Below are positions 14,001-28,200 of a stretch of DNA of 51,367 nt, one piece after another. Origin of the DNA: Girardia tigrina (taxonomy: Eukaryota); NCBI GenBank assembly GCA_001938485.1, contig MQRK01250761.1, positions 1-51,367 of the forward strand. The letters run 5' to 3'. The notes under the pieces are model-generated. The model did no database searches, was not told the origin of the DNA, and was given only the letters and a program-made list of their open reading frames with translations. How positions within the stretch are numbered: the first letter of the stretch is position 1; the number at the start of each line of letters is the position of its first letter. The translations under genes were made by a program, and so were the position numbers.

Positions 14001-14292
14001 ACAATTTGAATTTTGACGAATGTCTAACGTGAATCTCTACCTCCAGCACGACAATACGAGGCCCCCTACGGCTACCATCACACAAGAGAAGATTACTCAG
14101 CTTCGTCTCAACATTCTTGAACATCCACCATACTCACCAGACTTGGCCCCCTCGGATTATTACCTTTTTCGACCAATGAAATCTACCTTGTAAGGAAATA
14201 ATTACGCCAATTCATCTGCTGTAAAACACGATATTCAACAATGGGCTGAATACTTGAATTTACTTGAAACTCTAAATATAAATAATAATATC

Positions 14293-14329
<37 letters not shown>

Positions 14330-17300
14330 AAATGATATTTTTTTCAAATCATATTTTGTTTTTTTTTTATTAATTTTTACAATGTTTATTAATTTGGAAT
14401 ATAAATTTAGATCTTTAAAAATATTTTAATGGACATGTCCTGTAAAAATCAATTCCTTAATTTTTCTTTAATTTTAAAAATTCAATTATAAATAATTTTT
14501 TAATGAGAATTTCCGTTGACAATTAAATTCAATAAACATTATGATTTTTATTTTAGAACTTGATTTTAAAATATTCAATAAATTATATTTTTTTAATAAA
14601 ACTTTCCGTTGACAATTAAATTCAATAAACATTATGATTTTTTATTTAAAAAAAGTGTTACAAGATATATCAAAATTTCTTTACAATATTCTTTTTCTCT
14701 GAAACTGTTATTTTAATTGTGATTTTTTAAACCTAATTTTTTATAAAAGTTCTTTCGATTTAATTAATAAAATATTATCATTACACCATACTTTTTATAA
14801 AACTGATTTCATTTTAATTAGTAAAAATATTATCTATAAACTTAAATTTTTTATATATAATTTCGTTCAAAGGTTCTTTTAATTTAACTAGTAAAATAAT
14901 ATTTTTTAATTTATCTCAAATAAAATTATGATTTTTAATTTAAAAATATCAAAAATTTTCAGTTCACCAAAAAGAACCCCTAATAGTAAAAAAAATATCA
15001 TTTATATTATTAAAATACTGATTATCATAAATTATTATTTGAATATCGAAAACGATATAAACGCAAATAACATTATTACTATTAATATTATTATTATATT
15101 TACAAATTTCAATAAGTCATGATCTATTATTTTTTGAAATTTTAAATACATTTTAAGGTCATGATCTATTTTTACGATATTGTTTTGTAATTATAATAAA
15201 AATGAAAGATTTAGTGATATGTATGATCAATTTTTCATTCTTTGACTAATTCTTGACAAATTGTGGGACATATTGAGGGGGCTCTGTCATACAAGAGGTC
15301 CAGGTCGAGGATAATCTGATTTTACTAATGCCAATTACAATTTTAAATACAAATTGATACAAAATTTGTATGTACTAGTAATTAGTATTAATATTAATTA
15401 AATAGAGTTGTAATTGTTCAATTAGCACTCTAATAAATGCTTTGGAAAGCACAAATATCGCTTGAGTTTGAGATAAAATTTAGAGTAATGCCAATTAAAA
15501 TGCCAATTAAATTACATAAAATATTGTAAATTGTACTATTTATGTTCCGTATTAAAGTGTTATTGAAAAATGAACAGAAAAGAATAGAGCCTTAATGATG
15601 ATTACCATTTCAGGCGCCGCCTTCATTGAGCCACTGCTGGTTAATTAAGATGTTCATTGCTTATTCGCTTGGATGTTCGTTTTGTCCAATTAGCAGAAAT
15701 ACAATTATCTATTGTCACAGAAGTTGTCAAATCAGCGCAAGGGAACCGGCAGCTAAGACGCAAATTACTGCTTCTTCTTCTTACTTCTTCCTCGGCAATA
15801 CTGTTGTCTGAACATGGAAACAACCACCAACAAATTCTAATGCAAATTGTTTGATTCTTACCATAATTTCCTCTGCGCAGGTTTCAAGATTCTCATCAGT
15901 GACGTATATGCTATTTGTGTAGAACATTCCTCTCTTTTTCTAGAGTATCCTCATTTTTCGTTGCCAAGACAAAGTTCATGGTAGAGGTGGCACATGATTT
16001 CTGTCTGTGATCTGACATTTGGTAACAACAAAAGTTACACTGAATCTTTAAAGATTAATTTTGCTGATAAGGTAACCACCTAGGTTGACGCAAAAAATAT
16101 AATGTTAATACAACAGGCGTATGTGACATGACTGCCACTCTTGTTATAAGATGTTGTGAACTGAACTGATCGCAATTCAGATCATCCAAGCTGGTATTTC
16201 CATGAGTTATTAAATGAAATCATTGCTAAAATAAATATAATTGGTATAGAAGCAACGTTCAAATGTTCTAAATACTCTTCAATCAGAAACGCAAAATATG
16301 TGCACGGTTGATATAGGAGTGATAGTCTAATATTGTCTATAGTCTCTTGACGTTCGTCTATGAAGCGATCTTTTTATCCTTTTTGAAGGCAGTGAACCTA
16401 CAACCGCGTGGAGACCCTTCAATGATCCTTCTTGGGAACATCAGGAGTCTGTTCGAGAATGTTATGGTGCACTTAATAATAGATACGTATACGTTGGTTA
16501 CTCATTTGGAAACAACTATTTTTATAGTATTTCTAACTAAAATGAATTAAAGAAAAGAACTTTTTAAATAATAAAATATGTTGTGCAATTTCGTTTGTCT
16601 TTCTAAATTTGGTGTGGCAAGCGATTCAGCAAACTCTCCTTGAGGAATTATGAAAATACGCGCTTTGAATGTGTCCATCTGTTCGTTCAGAAATCGTACA
16701 ATAATTTAATTTTCAAACTGTAACCAAAGACGCGAAAATGTTGATACATAATAAATAATTGTAAATGAGTATCATTAGAGACAATGAGGATGTGAGTCTT
16801 CATGGATCAACGAAACCTTCACGGATCATTGGGTCCTGTCACGGATGAGACGCAATGTACCATGGGGGCAATCATATTGATCATTCATGCTTCACCTACA
16901 TAACAATAATATTTGTTATTATTTTTAACTCTAATAATGCGTGTAATATTTTAATCATTATTATGTGGACAATTGTTGACACCGTATACCATTACAGAAT
17001 ACTGGACGTTCTGGCTGGCAGAAAGAACCCAAGTTACCTGGAAGGTAAAGTGTTAATTGATGGAATGCCTCAACCAAAAAACTTCAAATGCATGTCTGGC
17101 TATGTTGTTCAAGTAATAATCGATTATTACGATAGATAATATCATATTGTTTGATGCACATTTATTCACACTGAGATTCTGCACTCCACATTAATGGAGC
17201 ACCGTGCTATAGCACCGGCGATAGTGTTCACTGTGAGTCTACTGACAAATACGTGCTCTGTCCAATTACTGTTTTGGTTAATATTTGTCAATATCTCTAC

Positions 17301-19246
17301 TGCTCTGATCTGATCAAATTTGGTACTATCTGCACGGTGCTTGCTTGGCTGCTTGTCTCTCCATTGTTTGCTTCACACTCAAGCGTTGACAAACACACAC
17401 TCAGATAAATGTGCCTCGTTGGTGTCTGTGGTGCTTCACAATCGGCACAGTGAACACTGTGTGCTCCACCACTGATATGAGCATTATTTGTTTATTTCAC
17501 TGACTCTGTTACAGTTATGTCATATTTGCACAGATGTGTTTCAGATAAACCATTTGTGATATAATCGCTTGTAAATCACATCATCATGCCATTCAATATG
17601 ATAGTCATTTTCCCATTTGTTTCTGGTGAGTGCTGCCGACATTTTTATTCAACAAAAGAACTATAAATTAGCCAAAGAAGTATTAAGAAAAGTAATATTG
17701 AGTAGAATATAATGAACAGGGCATGGTAGTTGTCAGAGCAGTGGATTTGTTGCACGTGTTTATATGGGATATGTAGGCATGCGCTATTTGGGCAAGAGGA
17801 TCATGGAGTCATGAGACCGTTATTCTAATAACAGATTTCCATTATTTATGATTCCATATCCTGCTAATTATATTTCAAATATGTAAGAACATATCTTTAT
17901 GAATATTGTTATATAGGATGATATCGTGATGGGCACCTTAACTGTCAAGGAGAATCTTGGCTTCTCGGCTGCTCTTAGACTACCTATGACTTATACCAAA
18001 GAAGAGCGGGAACGTAAAATAAATAATATAATAAATGAACTCGGACTTACCGCTGTTGCAGATAGCAAGGTTTGCATTAGTCCATATTTATAGTGCTAAC
18101 TAAGCTATAGATCGGAACGGAACTAATCAGAGGAGTATCCGGCGGTGAGCGCAAAAGGTGTAACATTGGTATGGAACTCATCACGGACCCAAATATTCTA
18201 TTTCTGGACGAACCTACTACTGGATTGGATGCCTTTACTGCCGCGTCTGTGATGAAAACGCTACAAAAGTCAGTTTTATTTGATATGATCTTTTACAAAC
18301 AATCTAATTGTGTATAAATATATAATAAATGAGAAAATATTTGTTTAATTAATAAATATTTGCTTAAACTCGGCTGCCATTTCACGATATAAAATTTCAT
18401 TTATCTTTCTGTTTCTATTTTATCATTAATTATCTTTGTCTTGTTTTACCTATCTTTCATTCTTTGTCAAGTGCATCATAATAACGACATAATCGACTAT
18501 ACAAAAAACTATAAAAGAAAATTCACTCAAAATAGCAAAAAACATTGCTGGAAGAATATTTAAATTTTATTCTGAGAAAACAATAAATAATTCAAGGTTC
18601 ACTTTCAAAGACCATTAAATTTTGTAACCATTCTTTTCGAATTTGCACCAGTTTTCTTGTCATCAATGAGATCATACTCCTATGAAAGCAATAAATAGTC
18701 GAGATATCGTGAGAAACCTTTGTAGTTTCTCCTTACCGACAAGAAAATGTAGCAGCCATAAATATATCGTCATCTCGGCACTAGAATAGCTGAACATGTC
18801 CAACCGAGTAGAAATAGCATGATTCTTGATAACATTTAAAAATGTAAAGATGAGAATGAAATTGACTACAAGTTTGAATTTTCAGTCTTAAAGAACAATT
18901 TTGACACATCATGATAGCATAGTCTCATGCATTAGTAGACAAACATTTTTAAGCCATGCTCAAATGTCCAAAGTGAATGGTACAATCATATTAAATATTT
19001 TTTTTTATATTGATAAAGTGCGTAATAGCAAACTTCCAATTTAAATTATTTGTATTCTGAAATAAACTCACAACTGACGATGCCGTAATGTTTTATTGTT
19101 GAATACAAAGTTAAGCAAATGGTGTATTTGGTTTTAAACGACATTTATAAGAAATTTTAAAAATAATGGCAAGTTTTTATAATATAACTCTTATAACTTA
19201 TAACTCCATTTAAAAAAGTTAAATTTATTTTTGCAAAAAATGTATG

Positions 19247-19289
<43 letters not shown>

Positions 19290-22200
19290 TACAGAGTTTA
19301 TAGGCGACAAGCCACCCGTGAAAAAAATATTAAAATCTAGAAACTGTTTTATTTTTGAAACACGTAACTTGAAAAAATTCCAATAAAATTTACGTGATTT
19401 TGCTTGTTTCCATTAAAAATTGTAAATTTGGAGTTTGTACATTAGTACACTTGAGCTATCTGCATCAATTAATCTTTATTTATAAATAAATTTTGTTTCT
19501 GAAAGTGACTATATCAAATGTCAAAACTGACTTCCAGCAAAGGAAGTGCCTTTGCCCTTTAACAATAAAGGCAGCTGATGCAAGCATGAATAAATGCATT
19601 GACAGTAAATAAAAAAAGTTCATTGTTTAGGAAAATTAGTTTAGTTCATTGATCATAGAAAACTTTGAGTATGATCGACAAACCAACAAACAAACAAAAA
19701 TTTTAATCAAATAATTAATAATTAATATTACTTAATCATTTTCAATTTAAAACTAAATTTTTACTCTGAAATATTAGAAAATTAAATTTAAATTAATGAA
19801 ATAAAATATTACACAATCATCAAATTTAGAATATTTCTAAATTTGTATTATATAACTATTACGGGGTCGAGAACAGAGTTAACATTTGACTCTCCTTTTA
19901 TTCAACATATAACTGATGTATGTGTGTTTGTAGTTTAGTTTATTAAATATATTTTAGTGCAGATCTTTTGTCGTCTAACATGGCTACCTACACAAATTTC
20001 CTCAATCACATGATTCCGGAAGCGTTCAATGGACAACAAAATATCAACGAATTTATTACATACTTTAATAGATTCTTCGAGATTTCCTAAATTGAAGGAG
20101 ACGTCCAAAATGTATTCGTAAAACAACTGTTAGCCAAGGATCTAATATCATTTCATGATGCTGTGAATCCGAAGATCACCAAATTCGATGAACGGTTGAA
20201 AGTGGCTTTCGAGAAATCATCTTCGTTGATTCAGAACTTTCTGAATCTATACAATTATGAAAAAGGAAGTGATCCAACTGCACTCTTTTTTTCAGAAGAT
20301 CGATGCAATGGTAGACAAACTGTTGTCTCACAAATGGAATAAAAAGGAATTAACGTCCTATTTCATGGTTCATTGTGTGAAAAATGTTGAAACAAAGAAA
20401 GAGTTAAAAATGTGCGACGCGACGAAAATTGAAGACATCAAAAGTATTGTCAAGAAAATGGAATATGTTCTAGAAGACATCAACGAAGTAGTAATTAATC
20501 GAAAAGAAACTTGCTCAGATTGTGAAAAAGAAAAGAAACTTTCAGAATATACCGGAAATAACTTCTCAAGAAACACTTCAAATCAGCGAAAATATTATGC
20601 CAATACAAAGTTAAGGAATTAGAAAGAATAAATCATATGCTTCAACTGCAAAAAAGAAAGACATTCCTACAGAAACTGCAACCAAATTTGAAAAATCCAA
20701 TGCCAAGCGTGCAAAGAAGAAGGCCATATCCGAAGGAACTGCCCAAACATATGCTGTTCAACGTGCAAGAAACAAGGACATTTCAGTTACCAGTGTTTTG
20801 AGAAACAACGAGGTCAAAGTGGTAATTTTAGATATAACAATTTCAGACAAAGAAGAAGTGACAATGTGGCTACAATCAATTCAGAGATGAGACTCATAGA
20901 ACGTAATTGATGATGATTATTCTCCGTCTTCAGGAGAGTGATTGGAGCCATCCACTAAATGGAGTTAATTTTGTTCTCAATCCGTATGTAAATAGTATAT
21001 TTTATAAAAAGCGTAATATTTTAAATTTTAATAAATTTTATTTTAATTATCGTAGTAAAAATAGTGATAATAACAATAACAAAAGTAAAAATGTATGTAT
21101 TGAAAATAAATGAAATAAAATTACAAACAAATAAAAATTTTAGAAGTAATTCTATTTTGAATGAATGTAAATTTTTTTATGATGATAATTTTTATTTAAA
21201 TAATGATTTTAAAATTTATTCGTTAGATGAAATTAAAAATGTCTCATATATATCATAATATCTCATATCCCAACGATAAGGTGAAAATCACGTATAAGAT
21301 TATGAATGGTTAGCCTAGTATTAAGATATTAACGAAATTTTTGCATATTTTCTTTTAGATACAGGCACCCGTATAAGTGTGATAGATAGGAGTTTGATTG
21401 ATAGATTAAAGAACGTGAATGTAACGGGTTCAGAAGATAAAATATATTGTGCAAACGATAGTTCGTTGAAAATTTATGGAAAAGTAGTTATTAATGTTGT
21501 TAAGAGAACTCACACATTTGTCAGAACATTTATTACATTCACAATTTTTATCATCTTTATGATGATCAACAGTAAGGCTTTCACTAGATTCCATCAATCA
21601 ATTTTTCAATATCTNNNNNNNNNNNNNNNNNNNNNNNNNNNNNNNNNNNNNNNNNNNNNNNNNNNNNNNNNNNNNNNNNNNNNNNNNNNNNNNNNNNNNN
21701 NNNNNNNNNNNNNNNNNNNNNNNNNNNNNNNNNNNNNNNNNNNNNNNNNNNNNNNACAAAAATAAAATCATTAAAATTATTTAAAAAGTACAATAATAAA
21801 AACTAAAAATTTGAATATTAAATCTAACTTTAAATAAATTAGTTTCAGATTATAAAAATTAAATATTGACAATATATCTGGTTAGGAGAGGCACAATCCC
21901 AAATCAACATACAACATTTAAACATACAAAAACTACACAAAAACATCCACACACCAAATATTCCTCACAAATGTATAGTTATTAAATGTATAAAAACATT
22001 TCAAATACATTCCAGAATCGTGCATATTGATAAATTGTTGTATGTTGATTAAAATTTTTCTTTAAAATCAGAACAAAACATTTAAATTGATTCTAAATAG
22101 AATTTCATCAACAGCACAATATTCCACATTTGCATGTAGAAGTATGCATAATAATGAGAGAAAATAACAAAATCATTTCAAAAATTTCTCTCATTAAATT

Positions 22201-25200
22201 TCTCTCTATCAAATTTAAAATTTGATTGTCACAATGAAGACTAAGAATTTTATATTGCTGATAAAGTTACGCCAAAAAGAATTGCAGGAATGAATTTTTT
22301 AAATAAATTTAACTTCAAATTAATTTTAGAAGAGAATTTAAATAATTGTAAATTTGATGACTTCGAAAATAATCAAAATAACTATATTTTCAACATAGAT
22401 GCGAAATTTGGGAAACATGTTACGGAACTTGAAAGTTTTGATAAGGCAATAAAAGATTTTAATATTGATTCAAAATCGGGGTTATATAAAGTAATGCAGA
22501 AGCACAAAAATGTTTTCATGGTACATCAATGTGATATAGGATGTACAAATATTATGAAACACAAGATATTAACTAATGGAGGACCTATAAATATCAAACC
22601 GAGACGTCAGCCCATAAATTTAGAGGATAAAATTGATGAGGCCGTAAGAAATTTAGAGAAGAATGGAATAATTCGGAAATGCAACTCTCCATGGAACACA
22701 CCTATGGTTTGTGTCTGGAAAAGGAAAAGAAAGGCATAATATTATGTTTAGATTTTAGGCAACTTAATAAGATAACAGAATGACCTGCCTTTCCAATGCC
22801 TAATATAGAAGAAATGTTGGATATTCTAAATGAATCTCGGTATTTCAGTACTATGGATTTAGGTAATGCCTATTATCAAGTGACATTGGATGAAGAGTCA
22901 CAAGAAAAGACGGCATTCTAAACAAAAACCGGTCAATTTTGTTTCAATCGGATGCCTTTTATAATTGCAGCAGCTCCCGCGACGTTTCAAAAACTATTGA
23001 GAATAGTTCTTGGCGATATGTACGGGAAAGAGACGATATTTTGATTTTTTCAAAAACTTTGGAGGAACATTTTCAACGTTTAGATAAAATTTTCAGAAAA
23101 TAGAAAATGCGGGATTAAGTATAAATCCAGAAAATGTCATTTTATTAAAGAAGAAACAAAATTTCTTGGACATATTATATGCTCAAAGGTATATGAAAGT
23201 AAGATTGAATCAATAATTAATTATGAAAATCCGAAATGTTTAAAAAACTTAAGAAGTTTTCTAGGATTATGCAATTATTATCGTAAGTTTATTAAGGATT
23301 ATTCTAAATATTCAAAGAATATAGAAAGTTTATGCGGGCTCAACAAGGACAAACTGATATGGACATAAACATGCAATGATGCGTTTCTGAAAATGAAAGA
23401 ACTTTATCAAAAACACCAGTCCTAGCTTATCCGAATTTTGAGAAGGAATTTATCTTAGATATTAATGCAAGTTTTGATTCAATTGGAGCTGTTTTATCGC
23501 AAGAAGATGTTTATGGAAATGAAAGAGTAATTGCCTATGGTTCACATTCAATGAGTAAACATGAGATAGGATACTGTGTAACTAGGAAAGAGTTATTGGC
23601 TATTTATTATTTTACTCAACATTTCAAGCACTATTTATATGGTAAGAGATTTACTCTTAGGACTGATCATAAAGCAATAACATTCATGCTGACAACAAAA
23701 AAACCGATTACATCTCAATTCCAAACATGGATCAATTATTTAAGCAGTTTGGACATCAATATGTAGTATAGAAAAGGTGTCAATCATACCAATGCAGATT
23801 CTTTATCACGTAGCAAATGTGAAAATTGCTCACAGTGCAAAATGAATCAAGAAGAAGCACAAAAAGGTAAATTAAAGACTAAAATATTAGCTCTGATAAC
23901 AGAATCCAATGGTGAGAAATGGCAACTAAATGATGAAGAAATCAAAAAATCAAAGAAGATGTGGAAAAGCAAAATACGAGAAATTTTCGGATGGAAAACG
24001 ATGTTTTTCTCACAAATGAGGGTCAGTTCAAAAAAGATTAACTAAATTTTTAAAAATTTTTCACCTTTCAAAAAATACTTTTTGTGCCTGATATATTTCT
24101 AGAACTTTTACTAAATTTTCAAAAAGATTTATTGCCAAAGATTTATAACAATAAATTTTGTATCTCTAATAGAGGTTCTCTATAGACAAAATTTGATTTT
24201 ATTTCATATTTTCATAAAAAATCTGCAGTCTTTTAAACTGTTCAAAAATTTAGTATATTACAATTTTTTTGATTGAGTATTTTATAAGATTTTGTAAATC
24301 AATTTTTTTAACATTTCAAGATAAAATTGTTTCTAGCTTTAGAAATCATTTATTGATATTTAGTTTTTTTGTATTCAAAAACCGTTTTATATAGAAAATT
24401 TCTAAAAACACTCTTGCTTATTGTAAATGTGATTTTACTAACAAATAAACTTATATAGTAAAACCAATTTTAACAACAAATAAAGATATTCTAATAATTG
24501 TTATAAAAGATTGTATTAATTTAACAAAAAAACCATCTAAATATATATGACTAGCATAAAAAAAGATTGCTAAATAATGTTTGCGCTATAACAGTGCTAA
24601 TTGTCGACAGATGTTTTGTTTTTGAATTGGGAACGACTGTTGGATTTATCGGAATTAATTGGATTGTGTCTGATATTGGAAATTGCAAATAAATCATCCA
24701 TTCAAAACATCACCATTGTATCATCAAATTGACTGTAATATCGACGGCATAATTTGGTGGAGTTGGATAATTTTATCAATTTATAACTTGATTGATAATC
24801 TTTAATAATTATATATATATATATAACTTAATTATTTATTTTAAACTACAAAAACTGTGAGATCATTACAGTCCTATGCATCAATATATATACGGTATGC
24901 ATAAATATATATATACTATGCAAAAACGTATATACTGTATGCATAAATATATGTTCGATATTCATATATATAAGTACACTNNNNNNNNNNNNNNNNNNNN
25001 NNNNNNNNNNNNNNNNNNNNNNNNNNNNNNNNNNNNNNNNNNNNNNNNNNNNNNNNNNNNNNNNNNNNNNNNNNNNNNNNNNNNNNNNNNNNNNNNNNNN
25101 NNNNNNNNNNNNNNNNNNNNNNNNNNNNNNNNNNNNNNNNNNNNNNNNNNNNNNNNNNNNNNNNNNNNNNNNNNNNNNNNNNNNNNNNNNNNNNNNNNNN

Positions 25201-28200
25201 NNNNNNNNNNNNNNNNNNNNNNNNNNNNNNNNNNNNNNNNNNNNNNNNNNNNNNNNNNNNNNNNNNNNNNNNNNNNNNNNNNNNNNNNNNNNNNNNNNNN
25301 NNNNNNNNNNNNNNNNNNNNNNNNNNNNNNNNNNNNNNNNNNNNNNNNNNNNNNNNNNNNNNNNNNNNNNNNNNNNNNNNNNNNNNNNNNNNNNNNNNNN
25401 NNNNNNNNNNNNNNNNNNNNNNNNNNNNNNNNNNNNNNNNNNNNNNNNNNNNNNNNNNNNNNNNNNNNNNNNNNNNNNNNNNNNNNNNNNNNNNNNNNNN
25501 NNNNNNNNNNNNNNNNNNNNNNNNNNNNNNNNNNNNNNNNNNNNNNNNNNNNNNNNNNNNNNNNNNNNNNNNNNNNNNNNNNNNNNNNNNNNNNNNNNNN
25601 NNNNNNNNNNNNNNNNNNNNNNNNNNNNNNNNNNNNNNNNNNNNNNNNNNNNNNNNNNNNNNNNNNNNNNNNNNNNNNNNNNNNNNNNNNNNNNNNNNNN
25701 NNNNNNNNNNNNNNNNNNNNNNNNNNNNNNNNNNNNNNNNNNNNNNNNNNNNNNNNNNNNNNNNNNNNNNNNNNNNNNNNNNNNNNNNNNNNNNNNNNNN
25801 NNNNNNNNNNNNNNNNNNNTGAACGACAACTCTATTGCTTTTGATTTTATTCCACCATACTCACCACAGTTGAATCCCATCGAGGAGGTTTTTGGAGTGT
25901 TTAAGGCCAGGTATTATAACAAGCGACCAGTACCGCAAACTAATTTCGAAATAAAACGAGTTGCTGGCAATGTTTTCGACGAAATGAACGATGATAGCGA
26001 ACTTGTTATGAATCGGTTTTATGTTCACATGCGTGAGTTTATGGATTTGGCGTATAATGGTAGTTTCTTTTGAATAAAATTTAACGCCCAAACTGGTTTA
26101 ACTTTTTCGTTTATTAAATCATATGATAATTGAGGTTCTGTAAAGGGGTATATATTAATGAATAGTGTACTTATATATATGAATATCGAACATATATTTA
26201 TGCATACAGTATATACGTTTTTACATAGTATATATATATATATTTATGCATACCGTATATATATATTGATGCATAGGACTGTAAATAAAAACAGTTAAAT
26301 TACTATAGTGCAAAAAACCTTAAAAAGGGACTATGAACAAAGTCGGATTTTATGACGATCAAACGGTTCTTGCAAAGAAAGAGTACATAAAGAAAAAATA
26401 TATTTGTATAAATCTTTGAGGCAAATTTTTCACATTGAAAATGTTATACCGCGTTTCAATTGTTTTTTACATGGCCATAAGTTTTAAGTTTTTTTCTTTA
26501 CAAAATTATACTTTCGAATTTATAATTTTAAAAAGGTGTAAAAGAAACTTTTGTTTGGATCGGGGTGGCGCAGGGGCCAAATTTTTCAAATATTAAACCC
26601 CACCCCGGGCGGGCCGATACACCTCTGGTTTCAATTGAATTAATTATTTCATTTTTAATTTTGCTAATTTTGGATTTTTTAATTTTTTTAATTTTTTGTC
26701 GTTTAATAATTTTAATTATTGTACTAAAGTTATTTAAATTAAATATATCTTTTATTATTTTCTTTTTGAATTTTTATATTTCTTTATATTTAATATTGGA
26801 AGCAAGATAATACTTTCTATGATCAGCTTTTTTAAAAAATAGTGAAACTTTTAAACGAAGTGGATGTAATGTTTAATAACGCGAATATAATTATTTATTA
26901 AGTGGATATAATTTTTGATAAATGGATATAATTTTTACTAACATGGACATAATTATTAATGGCCCTGTAATGTTTTTTATATACTTATGTAATACATCTA
27001 GAATAAAAATAATAGAAAATGATACAAATAATCTCGGATTAGATTGTCTCAAAGTGGCAAAACAATAATTGTTTCCATCCATCAACCGAAATACTCAATC
27101 TACAAATTATTCGACAGATACACCATGATGGCAAAGGGGAAAATAATTTATCACGGCAAATCCGGGTCGGCCCCCCTCATTTATTTTCAGAATCTTGGTA
27201 AGCTATAGTATATTTTTTGATAATACCTCTTTTGGTTTAGGTTATTTTATTGAGCCCCATAACAACCCTGCCGATTTCTTCATAGATATTATTAATGGCG
27301 AAATCAAAAATGAAAGAGATGGCCAGGACCTACAAGGTAAGATATTATACTGAAAATGATGTTTCAGCAAGCCAGATAGTTTCTATATCTTGATATAGTT
27401 CATCCTAGATATTTTCATTACCCAATGTATACATTCACATAATTTTATATTTCCTCACTTATTTTTGTTTGTCACGAAATAACGGTTTTATATGCTTCCA
27501 CAAACATTCTTTCGTCAAAAGGAATTCGTCTGCAAGTATTCTTTTCTAGACTCTTTATCAGTTGTTCTTCAATGATTTAATTTATCTAACAATGGCTCCT
27601 GTGTATATCAAGGGTGGGCAAACCCTAAGACATCTTATGTGGCTCACTACCACAATTATAAGTGCGAGACATGTATCTAATTTGGTTTGCCTAGATTAAT
27701 GTGTCTCCCAGATCTGATCGTAAATTGAGTACTGAATATTTTAAAATTTCAATTAATCGCATCAAATTTTATTAAAAAATATTTTTAATAATCTTAAAAT
27801 TATTTTATTTAATAACTTTAATAAGATTTGCACTCAAATTTTCGTTTAAATATTTTTAATTTATTAAAATTTTACAATGATCAAAGTGCCCTAATTTTCT
27901 GTGAATAACTCGGGAGTAATACGGTGGTAAAAGACGACTTTGCGAAATAATTATGGGTGCCGGTTATACATTATTTATTATTGACATTACATTATGATTT
28001 TCAAAAGGAACTTATTGATCGAGAATTGAGATTCGAGTTATACACGGGTGGGGTATCCGCAGTAAATTAGGGTATTAATGAATATGTGTTTATAAAATTA
28101 TTAATATTGAGATATTTAAAAATCACTCAAGAGTGATCACAACTATTGAACGTGTTTGGACAATTCTGATTGTAATAATATAATAATATAATATACTGTT

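Noticed and set aside
16300-16500. Minus-strand FKRIKRSL resembling a hAT dimerisation domain
   Set aside because: Too decayed to call without a profile search.
16855-16997. In-frame ORF extension upstream of exon 3 (similarly 47339-47553 upstream of the last exon)
   Set aside because: Intronic read-through; good acceptors and ABCG2 homology begin at 16998 and 47554.
17189-17474. Imperfect inverted ends (..TGGAGCAC / GTGCTCCACCACTG); possible hAT MITE
   Set aside because: No TSD found and the left end is degenerate.
19504-19870. Possible 5' LTR and PBS of the Gypsy element
   Set aside because: No second LTR to confirm boundaries.
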